Assembly (NCBI GenBank): GCA_965204345.1
Contig: OZ241981.1
Span: forward strand, 1,344,001 to 1,408,000
Direction: 5' to 3'
DNA length: 64,000 bases
DNA from: Nitrosopumilus sp.
Lineage (GTDB): Archaea > Thermoproteota > Nitrososphaeria > Nitrososphaerales > Nitrosopumilaceae
Shown here: positions 51,738 through 62,317 of the stretch, in pieces
Position numbering within the stretch: the first letter of the stretch is position 1
Layout: the number at the start of each line of letters is the position of its first letter
Translations under genes and position numbers: made by a program
Notes under the pieces: generated by a model
The model's database searches: none
Told to the model about the DNA's origin: nothing
Seen by the model: only the letters and a program-made list of their open reading frames with translations

Positions 51738-52078
51738 ACCAGTAATAAAACTGATATCCCACAAAATTAGGCACTGCCAAATTCAAAATTGGCAAGACTG
51801 ACTCGTTTTTCTTTGGAGATCATCAAAAAATTGGCAAATCAGAAAGAGAATACATAATGGATATAATTTCAGATTTTATTGATAAAAAGAAATGGCAAAA
51901 TAATTGACATTTTATTTTTTGTACTAGCATTCAAGTTATAAAATCTTAGAATTAATGATTATTGTTTTTAATTGGTACAAAACAAACTGATATGAGAATT
52001 AAAAACTTCTGTTTCTATCAAGTAGATATAAAAACCCTAAAATTAACTAAATTCAATTGTTATATACACAGCGTGAGA

Positions 52079-53254
52079 ATGTCTTCAATAATTGAAAAAC
52101 TTTTACATCTATTAAAAAGAAACCAAGATTTTTTTAATGTATCATTTGGACATATAATAAGTACTGGTTTAGCTGGACTATTCTTCTTTATTTTAGCTTA
52201 TATAATGGAAGTTGATTCTTATGGAGAACTAGGATTTTTATTTGCCATTGCTCTTCTTTCGACACAGGTTTCATTATTAGGGTTTGTTCCAACCAAAATT
52301 ATAAAAATTTCTAAAGGCGAGAATAAAATAAAATCCCTATCTAGCGTTGTTGTTTTACTATCTGGTATTATACTCGGAGCAATAATTGCCATATTATTAA
52401 ATAATATTTTTATCTTTTTTTTGGTAATTAGTCAGGCATTTTTTTTGTTATCAACTGCAGATTATCTTGGAGAAAAAAAATACAAAATATATGCCCAAGT
52501 GTTGATCGGTCAAAAAACTGTTCAACTCTTATTGGCAATTATCTTGTTTTATCTCCTTGATGTTAATGGAATCTTACTTGGAATTTCTATTGCAAGCATG
52601 ATTTTTGGAATCAAATCTTGTTCACATCTTTCAAGATTCTCTTTAGATATTTCTGAATTCAAAAAAATTTTTAGATTATTAATGCATAGTTATTCTTTAG
52701 AATTATCAAAAGCAGTTTTATTTTTTTCAGACAAAATAATTATTGCTCCTTTATTTGGATTTACTGTTTTAGGAATATACCAAATAGCTTCTCAATTTTT
52801 ATTGGCTTTATTGATTATCCCAACCATACTGTTTCACTATTTGTTATCTGAAGAAGCTTCGGGTAAAAATAAGGCAAAACTTAGAATTAAAGGAATCTTA
52901 ATATGTTTAGTTTTGGGCGTTATTATGTTTTTTACTCCTCCTGTTTTAATTCCAGAATTTTTACCCAATTTTGAAGAATCTATTTTACCTGCACAAATAA
53001 TGGCATTAGGGTTAATACCAATAACTGTCTCATATTCAATTAATTCGAAACTGCTATCTTCAGAAATGAGCAAACCTGTATTGATTTCCTCATTAATTTT
53101 TGTCTGTTCGGAATTTGTTTTACTATATTATTTTGGAAACATGTGGCAGGTTGTTGGATTGTCAATAGCATTGGTCATATCATCAAGCCTGCAGGCAATA
53201 TTTTTGCTCATCGTATATGTTATGATTTATAAAAAAACAAAAAAAGAGATCTGA
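52079..53254 (+). CDS. Oligosaccharide flippase family protein
   Basis: Multi-TM; SDKIIIAPLFGFTVLGIYQIA. Confidence 0.8.
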   Translation: MSSIIEKLLHLLKRNQDFFNVSFGHIISTGLAGLFFFILAYIMEVDSYGELGFLFAIALLSTQVSLLGFVPTKIIKISKGENKIKSLSSVVVLLSGIILGAIIAILLNNIFIFFLVISQAFFLLSTADYLGEKKYKIYAQVLIGQKTVQLLLAIILFYLLDVNGILLGISIASMIFGIKSCSHLSRFSLDISEFKKIFRLLMHSYSLELSKAVLFFSDKIIIAPLFGFTVLGIYQIASQFLLALLIIPTILFHYLLSEEASGKNKAKLRIKGILICLVLGVIMFFTPPVLIPEFLPNFEESILPAQIMALGLIPITVSYSINSKLLSSEMSKPVLISSLIFVCSEFVLLYYFGNMWQVVGLSIALVISSSLQAIFLLIVYVMIYKKTKKEI

Positions 53255-53269
53255 TAGGGTGAGAGATAG

Positions 53270-54022
53270 ATGGCCTATACTAAAATAATGTCTTGTTTTG
53301 TGATGGTCTGGTTTGTTGTCGTTGTTATTAGCATTATTGTTGTTCAACCCAGTTATGCGAATCTTCAAGATAATCTGATAGGAGGCAGTGATTTTGAAAA
53401 GTTAAAAATTCTTGAATATGACAAGAATCGCTTTGGCCTGTTTGGCTCTGATCAGTTAAAATGGATCATAAACTGGAATGGTGAGAGTTGGCAAGAGGAA
53501 ACCCTGTTTGTTCAAGCAAGTAGCACTGCGTCCAAAATAACGTTTCTTGCCAGTGGAACTGACCGTCTTCATTTGGATGATATTGCACTGTCAAAAACAT
53601 CGCTTGGGAAAAATTCAAACGAGTTTGCATTGGATTTAATTCCTCAAAAAAGAGCTATTACAAACGAGCAAGATGCGCCGTTTCTGCTTGAGATAAACCC
53701 GATCTCTTTGGATTCCACCTCTGCTGCTGCCACTCCCATGATACAACTAGACGTTGTTTATGATCAAAATGATTTCAAAGAAATATCCGTAAATCCCGAC
53801 AGCGGGATTCCCCCATTCAAATCAGTCATTTTGGTCCATCCAGCACAAACTTCTGGAATAAAAAACTTCACCATACTTTCGCAGGATAGTCTTGATAATA
53901 ATGTACAGGTTGTGGGAACCGTTGAAATACAAGAACCAAAAAACACATTTCTCTGGAATTTAATCATTGGCATACTGACAATTTTATTGGCATTGGGACT
54001 GTTCAAAGTAATCAAGAAATAA
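53270..54022 (+). CDS. Exported protein with C-terminal TM anchor
   Basis: Signal peptide and C-terminal hydrophobic helix. Confidence 0.7.
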   Translation: MAYTKIMSCFVMVWFVVVVISIIVVQPSYANLQDNLIGGSDFEKLKILEYDKNRFGLFGSDQLKWIINWNGESWQEETLFVQASSTASKITFLASGTDRLHLDDIALSKTSLGKNSNEFALDLIPQKRAITNEQDAPFLLEINPISLDSTSAAATPMIQLDVVYDQNDFKEISVNPDSGIPPFKSVILVHPAQTSGIKNFTILSQDSLDNNVQVVGTVEIQEPKNTFLWNLIIGILTILLALGLFKVIKK

Positions 54023-54055
54023 AAATTCTTCTGTATTGGCAGCGCGTACTGCTGT

Positions 54056-56749
54056 CTATGTTTTCACTTTGAATAAGGCAGCTTCACCTTCTCTAATGAC
54101 TAATTGCAATTGAGGATTATCCTCAAAGAGGGCTATTCGTTCAGAAGTACTTATGTGAAGAGCTGGAAATACTGGTAGAAGATGCTGTCGTGCCGCTTGT
54201 TGTCTGTTTTGGGGATCACCGCCAGTAATTAACACATATTCAATACCATACTTGTCCAATATTTCCATCATTTTCATGTCTCCGGGATGGTGTAATACAA
54301 GGTTAGCCTCATATGCTCTCTCTTTTAGAAATGTATCATCTGGCACAACATTGGTGCTTATTCTTTTCCACATTTCTCTGTTATTAGTTATATCAAATAT
54401 CTTTATTGATGAAAGCCACATTCCTTCAGTAGTTCTATCCTCAAGGATGGTTGTATTTGAATCAAGATTGTCATTCATCCAACCCATAACTTTTAATTCA
54501 TTGCTTGTAGGTAAATATCCTAGCAAACCATCTTTATACTCGTATGAAATATGAGTATCAAGACTTGGAATTAGTGCAATAAAAACCAACGAGCAAATCA
54601 CTATGGACAAGACTGATTTTGAACGTAATGAAATTTCGCGTTTGTTAAACCTAGTTGCAAGTTTATCAAAAATATCAACCCCTGCTAAAATTATTCCTAT
54701 TTGAGAGATGATAGCTCCTAGTAAAACAAGTCTGTCAGGATACATAAACCAGAAAAGATTCTCATAAATTACTTTATTTGATATTGTTCCAAACACTAGG
54801 GAAAACATTACAATCAAAAATAAACTAAACTCTCGATTGGATTTAAACAACCAAGTTGCAGAAAGAACCCCCCCTAGTAATAAAATAAAATAAGGAAAAT
54901 ATATAGAATCTATGTTGTATATGTCCATCTCCTCTAGAAAGATCCACCAAAAGTCGACCCTAGCACCATGTTCCTGAATCAATTCATCTGCAAAATAAAC
55001 CAGTGATGCGCCTGATGTTACTACCAAAATAATTAACGCCAATCGTAAAGAAGTAAGCATATAGTTTTTTATCTTAAATTTCCCGACTCGCAGTCCATTT
55101 GTTTTGGAGTTTATGGGGGATTTTAAGAGTATTAATTTAATAATTATAAACAAAACAAAGGGAACGATCATGATAGTATATGTGATAAATATTACAACTG
55201 ACAATAGCGAATAAATAATAAAATTAGAATTATTTTTATTATTAATAACTATGCTGATAAAAAGCAAAAGTATGCAAGTAAATGTAGCAAATACAAAAGT
55301 GCCCCCTTCTAATGGAGTAAGTAGTACATCATCAAATAGTATAAAATAACCTACTTCATTTCCTGGAATAAAAAACAATGCTCCAAATGCAATGCTTGCC
55401 AAGTAATACGATTTGGTTTTTTTGTATATTATTGAAAAACAGATGGGCGGCAAGAGTGCAACAATTGTTGCTGTGACGGCATATTGGGATATTGGCAGCA
55501 TGACGTTTGTAATCAAAGAAAAAAATGCAGTCAAAGCATGAAATCCCTGAGGATAAACTGTCATTCCATATGGCAAATCAAAAAATGGCCAATTATTGTT
55601 AAACACACTCGTATGATACATTATAAATTGCGAAGCGTGACCATGGTATTGCGGATCATGAATCGGCGGCCAGCTCATATTTTCTGCAATTATAAAAAAG
55701 TGAGTCAGTGACAGAATTATGAGTATGCCTGCAATCAGATTTGGAAGAACTTTTTCATTTTTAATTTCAGACAGAATTTTAGCTCTGTCTCTGAAAATCA
55801 AGTAAGAGCCAACCATCATAAACGAAAAGAAGGCTGTCAGAACAGTAGTCTGTGTAAAGTGAAGCATTGCCAGAAAAATCGCCAAAAGAATCAGCAATAC
55901 CAAGCCAAAGGCAGAGTACAGGGAAAAATTAATTACAAATCCAAAATTCAGCTTGTATCGGATAATTTTTAATAGAAAATACCCCATAATAACTGAAGAC
56001 GACAAATAAACAATCATGGATGTCAGTATCTCGTTTTTAAAATTCGACCTGTCTGAACCTATTTTGCTGTCAAATAATCCAGGCACTACCTCTGCATTTG
56101 CAATGTTCAGGCGCTGTGCTAGCTGTGCGTGATATTCTACATCAAATAATCCAGGCACTACCTCTGCATCTGTAATGAGCGTGGTCTGGGAATAAGAGTC
56201 CCCTCCGTTTACAAATGTAATTCTAAGAGACTTGACATTGCCAGGATCAAAGCCAGGTTTATTTTGAACGTAATTGGAGGGATCTACAATAACTTTTGCC
56301 CAAGTGCCATCTTCTAAACCAAACCACTGTGGCAAATTCCAAAAAGGACGCTGTATATCATTTGCATCAACCATGATCAAAAATGCATTAGCCCTCCATG
56401 CTTCAGGAGTACTTTTATTTATTCCAGCCACATTTTCAAGATTCATCCAAAATCGTAATCCTTGGCCCGTAGACAGATCCACAGGCTTGGAAAAACGGCA
56501 CTCAAGAACTGCTGTTTCTGTGGCATCACTGCTGGAAAAATAACTATAGGTAAAATCGCTATCATCATCATCATCATCACTATTCATATTCAGAGATTTG
56601 TCCAAAAAACTAGACTCTGAATCCCACGTACATTTATTCTCACTGTCAGACTCGAAAACATAAAAATCATGAAGATTTTCGGCAAATACAATTGATGGCA
56701 ACGCACATAATACCAACAAAACAAGTGCTATCCCACTAACAAGAAACAA
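54056..56749 (-). CDS. GT-C fold (STT3/AglB- or DUF6541-like) membrane glycosyltransferase, allele A
   Basis: Signal peptide, extracellular domain, many TMs, HDPQYH, YPQGFH, WMNDNL...LDKYGIEYVL. Confidence 0.7.
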   Translation of the reverse strand: MFLVSGIALVLLVLCALPSIVFAENLHDFYVFESDSENKCTWDSESSFLDKSLNMNSDDDDDDSDFTYSYFSSSDATETAVLECRFSKPVDLSTGQGLRFWMNLENVAGINKSTPEAWRANAFLIMVDANDIQRPFWNLPQWFGLEDGTWAKVIVDPSNYVQNKPGFDPGNVKSLRITFVNGGDSYSQTTLITDAEVVPGLFDVEYHAQLAQRLNIANAEVVPGLFDSKIGSDRSNFKNEILTSMIVYLSSSVIMGYFLLKIIRYKLNFGFVINFSLYSAFGLVLLILLAIFLAMLHFTQTTVLTAFFSFMMVGSYLIFRDRAKILSEIKNEKVLPNLIAGILIILSLTHFFIIAENMSWPPIHDPQYHGHASQFIMYHTSVFNNNWPFFDLPYGMTVYPQGFHALTAFFSLITNVMLPISQYAVTATIVALLPPICFSIIYKKTKSYYLASIAFGALFFIPGNEVGYFILFDDVLLTPLEGGTFVFATFTCILLLFISIVINNKNNSNFIIYSLLSVVIFITYTIMIVPFVLFIIIKLILLKSPINSKTNGLRVGKFKIKNYMLTSLRLALIILVVTSGASLVYFADELIQEHGARVDFWWIFLEEMDIYNIDSIYFPYFILLLGGVLSATWLFKSNREFSLFLIVMFSLVFGTISNKVIYENLFWFMYPDRLVLLGAIISQIGIILAGVDIFDKLATRFNKREISLRSKSVLSIVICSLVFIALIPSLDTHISYEYKDGLLGYLPTSNELKVMGWMNDNLDSNTTILEDRTTEGMWLSSIKIFDITNNREMWKRISTNVVPDDTFLKERAYEANLVLHHPGDMKMMEILDKYGIEYVLITGGDPQNRQQAARQHLLPVFPALHISTSERIALFEDNPQLQLVIREGEAALFKVKT
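56070..56177. repeat. Repeat-spacer-repeat unit inside allele A (36-bp repeat, 36-bp insert, in frame)
   Basis: 28 bp exact (56070-56097, 56142-56169) extending to 36 bp with 2 mismatches; absent from allele B. Confidence 0.9.
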
Positions 56750-56799
56750 CAGATTCTAAAATTTTCTTGTTTATTTACTTTTTTGTTATGAGGTTCTGT

Positions 56800-57843
56800 T
56801 CTATTGTACGAAAATTATGTCCGCCTAAGCTCAGGCTTCAGACAAGGGATTATTACCGCATATACCGATCACGAATAATGAAGAGAACCAGACTAAAAGG
56901 AGATCAGACCAGATACATCATACGGCAGCATCAAAAGGGCACAGCTGCAGCAGTCTGGCCCAGACCATGCAGGTCAGCGCAAGACACGTCAGACGCATAT
57001 GGGCAGCCTACCGCAAGACCGGAAGAATACTCCCCCACAGAAAGGCAGAAAGACCCAGAAAGATACCATCACCTGAGGATGTACGTCGTGTTCTTAAGAC
57101 ATATGATGATATTCATGCAGTAGTGCGCACGACTCGCCACCTCAGAAAGTCATCTCATATAAGCTACCATACGGTATACCAAATAATGAAATCCAACGGA
57201 CTGGCCAGACTGTCTCCTGAAAAATCCAAGAAGAGGAAATACGTCAGATACGAGCGACTGTATTCCAATGCAATGTGGCATGTGGACTGGCCAAAATGAA
57301 GGATCCACGCCTGAAAGGACTGCAACTTGTGGCATATCTGGATGATGCATCAAGATGCATAACGGGATTCGAGATATTTGAGTGCCACAAGCCAGAACAC
57401 TGTAGCCGTTTTGCGCAAGGCTATCAAGTCATTTGGCACGCCAGGCCAGATACTTTCAGACAATGGAGCCTAGTTCACATCCCGGAACCGCGGTGTACCT
57501 GCCAAGGGATGGAAGCCCACCAACCCTGTTTGAGTCAGAAGCCCTGGAGAGGTGTATTGTCCTGATTGACTCGCGCTCTCACCACCACCACCCGCAGACC
57601 AACGGCAAGATTGAAAGATTCTTCAAGACACTTGAGGATGAGATTGTACACTTTAAGACGATGGAGGAGTTCATCGACTTTTACAATGAGGATAGGCTGC
57701 ATTTTTCTCTGGACATAGAGAACTGCCAGATGCTCCTGATGGCATTTAAGGCCAAAAAGGTTCCTGATGCGATCAGGAAAAACAACCAAAAATGGATGGA
57801 GGCAGATATGAATGACTAGCGGACATAATTATCATATAATACA
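56800..57843 (+). mobile_element. IS481-family element copy 1, frameshifted transposase
   Basis: 25-bp imperfect TIRs (T.TATT.TA.GA.AATTATGTCCGC); WHVDW, YLDDASR, PQTNGKIERFFKTL motifs. Confidence 0.9.
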
Positions 57844-58058
57844 GCCTTCCTCCTCCTCCTCTTTATCTTTATCATCATCGTCTTTATCATGCCTACCTCT
57901 TGAGTCTCGCGTAAAAACTATCACCTTGTGTTTCTCTGCGAGTCTGCCATCTGCTTTTTTTCCAATAATGCAGTCTGCCCTTGTTCCGATTATTTTTCCA
58001 TCTCTGGGAGTCTGCCAGCTAATTCTTTTCCAATAAAGCTGGTGCTGCCCCCAATTAT
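57844..58058 (-). pseudogene. Remnant resembling a duplicated NAD-dependent epimerase N-terminus plus low-complexity tail
   Basis: IIGGSTSFIGKELAGRL and IIGKKADGRLAEKHKVIVFTRD. Confidence 0.4.
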
Positions 58059-59102
58059 TGTATTATATGATAATTATGTCCGCTAGTCATTCATATCTGC
58101 CTCCATCCATTTTTGGTTGTTTTTCCTGATCGCATCAGGAACCTTTTTGGCCTTAAATGCCATCAGGAGCATCTGGCAGTTCTCTATGTCCAGAGAAAAA
58201 TGCAGCCTATCCTCATTGTAAAAGTCGATGAACTCCTCCATCGTCTTAAAGTGTACAATCTCATCCTCAAGTGTCTTGAAGAATCTTTCAATCTTGCCGT
58301 TGGTCTGCGGGTGGTGGTGGTGAGAGCGCGAGTCAATCAGGACAATACACCTCTCCAGGGCTTCTGACTCAAACAGGGTTGGTGGGCTTCCATCCCTTGG
58401 CAGGTACACCGCGGTTCCGGGATGTGAACTAGGCTCCATTGTCTGAAAGTATCTGGCCTGGCGTGCCAAATGACTTGATAGCCTTGCGCAAAACGGCTAC
58501 AGTGTTCTGGCTTGTGGCACTCAAATATCTCGAATCCCGTTATGCATCTTGATGCATCATCCAGATATGCCACAAGTTGCAGTCCTTTCAGGCGTGGATC
58601 CTTCATTTTGGCCAGTCCACATGCCACATTGCATTGGAATACAGTCGCTCGTATCTGACGTATTTCCTCTTCTTGGATTTTTCAGGAGACAGTCTGGCCA
58701 GTCCGTTGGATTTCATTATTTGGTATACCGTATGGTAGCTTATATGAGATGACTTTCTGAGGTGGCGAGTCGTGCGCACTACTGCATGAATATCATCATA
58801 TGTCTTAAGAACACGACGTACATCCTCAGGTGATGGTATCTTTCTGGGTCTTTCTGCCTTTCTGTGGGGGAGTATTCTTCCGGTCTTGCGGTAGGCTGCC
58901 CATATGCGTCTGACGTGTCTTGCGCTGACCTGCATGGTCTGGGCCAGACTGCTGCAGCTGTGCCCTTTTGATGCTGCCGTATGATGTATCTGGTCTGATC
59001 TCCTTTTAGTCTGGTTCTCTTCATTATTCGTGATCGGTATATGCGGTAATAATCCCTTGTCTGAAGCCTGAGCTTAGGCGGACATAATTTTCGTACAATA
59101 GA
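58059..59102 (-). mobile_element. IS481-family element copy 2 (reverse complement of copy 1)
   Basis: Identical ORF translations; same TIRs. Confidence 0.9.
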
Positions 59103-59152
59103 ACAGAACCTCATAACAAAAAAGTAAATAAACAAGAAAATTTTAGAATCTG

Positions 59153-61771
59153 TTGTTTCTTGTTAGTGGGATAGCACTTGTTTTGTTGGTATTATGTGCG
59201 TTGCCATCAATTGTATTTGCCGAAAATCTTCATGATTTTTATGTTTTCGAGTCTGACAGTGAGAATAAATGTACGTGGGATTCAGAGTCTAGTTTTTTGG
59301 ACAAATCTCTGAATATGAATAGTGATGATGATGATGATGATAGCGATTTTACCTATAGTTATTTTTCCAGCAGTGATGCCACAGAAACAGCAGTTCTTGA
59401 GTGCCGTTTTTCCAAGCCTGTGGATCTGTCTACGGGCCAAGGATTACGATTTTGGATGAATCTTGAAAATGTGGCTGGAATAAATAAAAGTACTCCTGAA
59501 GCATGGAGGGCTAATGCATTTTTGATCATGGTTGATGCAAATGATATACAGCGTCTTTTTTGGAATTTGCCACAGTGGTTTGGTTTAGAAGATGGCACTT
59601 GGGCAAAAGTTATTGTAGATCCCTCCAATTACGTTCAAAATAAACCTGGCTTTGATCCTGGCAATGTCAAGTCTCTTAGAATTATATTTGTAAACGGAGG
59701 GGACTCTTATTCCCAGACCACGCTCATTACAGATGCAGAGGTAGTGCCTGAATTATTTGACAGCAAAATAGGTTCAGACAGGTCGAATTTTAAAAACGAG
59801 ATACTGACATCCATGATTGTTTATTTGTCGTCTTCAGTTATTATGGGGTATTTTCTATTAAAAATTATCCGATACAAGCTGAATTTTGGATTTGTAATTA
59901 ATTTTTCCCTGTACTCTGCCTTTGGCTTGGTATTGCTGATTCTTTTGGCGATTTTTCTGGCAATGCTTCACTTTACACAGACTACTGTTCTGACAGCCTT
60001 CTTTTCGTTTATGATGGTTGGCTCTTACTTGATTTTCAGAGACAGAGCTAAAATTCTGTCTGAAATTAAAAATGAAAAAGTTCTTCCAAATCTGATTGCA
60101 GGCATACTCATAATTCTGTCACTGACTCACTTTTTTATAATTGCAGAAAATATGAGCTGGCCGCCTGTTTTTGATCCGCAATACCATGGTCACGCTTCGC
60201 AATTTATAATGTATCATACGAGTGTGTTTAACAATAATTGGCCATTTTTTGATTTGCCATATGGAATGACAGTTTATCCTCAGGGATTTCATGCTTTGAC
60301 TGCATTTTTTTCTTTGATTACAAACGTCATGCTGCCAATATCCCAATATGCCGTCACAGCAACAATTGTTGCACTCTTGCCGCCCATCTGTTTTTCAATA
60401 ATATACAAAAAAACCAAATCGTATTACTTGGCAAGCATTGCATTTGGAGCATTGTTTTTTATTCCAGGAAATGAAGTAGGTTATTTTGTAATTTCTCATG
60501 ATGTACTACTTACTCCATTATCTACAGGAACTTTTGTATTTGCTACATTTACTTGCATACTTTTGCTTTTTATCAGCATAGTTATTAATAATAAAAATAA
60601 TTCTAATTTTATTATTTATTCGCTATTGTCAGTTGTAATATTTATCACATATACTATCATGATCGTTCCCTTTGTTTTGTTTATAATTATTAAATTAATA
60701 CTCTTAAAATCCCCCATAAACTCCAAAACAAATGGACTGCGAGTCGGGAAATTTAAGATAAAAAACTATATGCTTATTTTACGATTGGCGTTAATTATTT
60801 TGGTAGTAACATCAGGCGCATCACTGGTTTATTTTGCAGATGAATTGCAGAAGATAAATAATATTCCGATCACCACTTACTGGCTATTATTTGAGAATAT
60901 GGACATATACAACATAGATTCTATATATTTTCCTTATTTTATTTTATTACTAGGGGGGGTTCTTTCTGCAACTTGGTTGTTTAAATCCAATCGAGAGTTT
61001 AGTTTATTTTTGATTGTAATGTTTTCCCTAGTGTTTGGAACAATATCAAATAAAGTAATTTATGAGAATCTTTTCTGGTTTATGTATCCTGACAGACTTG
61101 TTTTACTAGGAGCTATCATCTCTCAAATAGGAATAATTTTAGCAGGGGTTGATATTTTTGATAAACTTGCAACTAGGTTTAACAAACGCGAAATTTCATT
61201 ACGTTCAAAATCAGTCTTGTCCATAGCGATTTGCTCGTTGGTTTTTATTGCACTAACTCCAAGTCTTGATACTCATATTTCATACGAGTATGACGATGAT
61301 TTGCTAGGATATTTACCTACAAGCAATGAATTAAAAGTTATGGGTTGGATGAATGACAATCTTGATTCAAATACAACCATCCTTCAGGATAGAACTGGTG
61401 AAGGAATGTGGCTTTCATCAATAAAGATATTTGATATAACTAATAACAGAGAAATGTGGAGAAGAATACACAGTAGTGTTGTGTTAGATGATACATTTCT
61501 AAAAGAGAGAGCATATGAGGCTAACCTTGTATTACACCATCCCGGAGACATGAAAATGATGGAAATATTGGACAAGTATGGTATTGAATATGTGTTGATT
61601 ACTGGCGGTAATCCGAAAGACAGACAACGATCGGATGCGTACCCGCTTCTACCAGTATTTCCAGCTCTTCACATAAGTACTTCTGAACGAATAGCCCTCT
61701 TTGAGGATAATCCTCAATTGCAATTAGTCATTAGAGAAGGTGAAGCTGCCTTATTCAAAGTGAAAACATAG
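59153..61771 (+). CDS. GT-C fold membrane glycosyltransferase, allele B
   Basis: Paralogue of 54056-56749 with patchwise differences. Confidence 0.7.
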   Translation: MFLVSGIALVLLVLCALPSIVFAENLHDFYVFESDSENKCTWDSESSFLDKSLNMNSDDDDDDSDFTYSYFSSSDATETAVLECRFSKPVDLSTGQGLRFWMNLENVAGINKSTPEAWRANAFLIMVDANDIQRLFWNLPQWFGLEDGTWAKVIVDPSNYVQNKPGFDPGNVKSLRIIFVNGGDSYSQTTLITDAEVVPELFDSKIGSDRSNFKNEILTSMIVYLSSSVIMGYFLLKIIRYKLNFGFVINFSLYSAFGLVLLILLAIFLAMLHFTQTTVLTAFFSFMMVGSYLIFRDRAKILSEIKNEKVLPNLIAGILIILSLTHFFIIAENMSWPPVFDPQYHGHASQFIMYHTSVFNNNWPFFDLPYGMTVYPQGFHALTAFFSLITNVMLPISQYAVTATIVALLPPICFSIIYKKTKSYYLASIAFGALFFIPGNEVGYFVISHDVLLTPLSTGTFVFATFTCILLLFISIVINNKNNSNFIIYSLLSVVIFITYTIMIVPFVLFIIIKLILLKSPINSKTNGLRVGKFKIKNYMLILRLALIILVVTSGASLVYFADELQKINNIPITTYWLLFENMDIYNIDSIYFPYFILLLGGVLSATWLFKSNREFSLFLIVMFSLVFGTISNKVIYENLFWFMYPDRLVLLGAIISQIGIILAGVDIFDKLATRFNKREISLRSKSVLSIAICSLVFIALTPSLDTHISYEYDDDLLGYLPTSNELKVMGWMNDNLDSNTTILQDRTGEGMWLSSIKIFDITNNREMWRRIHSSVVLDDTFLKERAYEANLVLHHPGDMKMMEILDKYGIEYVLITGGNPKDRQRSDAYPLLPVFPALHISTSERIALFEDNPQLQLVIREGEAALFKVKT

Positions 61772-61855
61772 ACACAGCAGTAAATGAAATGTAATGTATG
61801 ATGCGTGGTCAAAATGCTCTGAAAGATTTATTCAGTGAAAACATAGACAGCAGTA
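61751..61855. repeat. Degenerate duplication of gene 3' end around a ~37-45 bp insert
   Basis: TTATTCA(AA)GTGAAAACATAGAC(AC)AGCAGTA at 61751-61782 and 61828-61855; single copy in left arm. Confidence 0.8.
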
Positions 61856-62120
61856 CGCGCTGCCAATAATGTATTATATGAAAATCATATCCGCTAGTCA
61901 TTCATGTCTGCCTCCATCCATTTTTGGTTGCTTTTTCTGATCGCATCAGGAACCTTTTTGGCCTTAAATGCCATCAGAGGCACCTGGCAGTTCTCTATGT
62001 CCAGAGAAAAATGCAGTCTATCCTTATTGTAAAAATCGATGAACTCCCCCATCGTCTTAAAGTGTACAATCTCATCCTCAAGTGTCCTGAAGAATCTCTC
62101 AATCTTGCCGTTGGCCTGCG

Positions 62121-62317
62121 GGTGGTGGTGGTGGTGGTGGTGGTGGTGGTGGTGGTGGTGGTGGTGGTGGTGGTGGTGGTGGTGGTGGTGGTGGTGGTGG
62201 TGGTGGTGGTGGTGGTGGTGGTGGTGGTGGTGGTGGTGGTGGTGGTGGTGGTGGTGGTGGTGGTGGTGGTGGTGGTGGTGGTGGTGGTGGTGGTGGTGGT
62301 GGTGGTGGTGGTGGTGG
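62121..62317. repeat. (GGT)~65 trinucleotide tract
   Basis: Perfect tract; only 4 units at the homologous site in IS copies 1 and 2. Confidence 0.95.

Larger units (their letters stand above)
54034..61868. repeat. Large inverted repeat (arms 54034-57843 and 58059-61868, 215-bp spacer)
   Basis: Mirror ORFs (56749/59153; IS ends 57843/58059) and shared 3' flank CATAGACAGCAGTACGCGCTGCCAATA. Confidence 0.95.

Noticed and set aside
54056-61771. Diversity-generating retroelement (TR/VR pair)
   Set aside because: Differences involve all four bases, are spread over ~1.5 kb, and no reverse transcriptase is in the window
54034-61868. Simple fold-back read or palindromic assembly artefact
   Set aside because: Arms differ by coherent in-frame patches and distinct insertions; a haplotype mis-join is still possible
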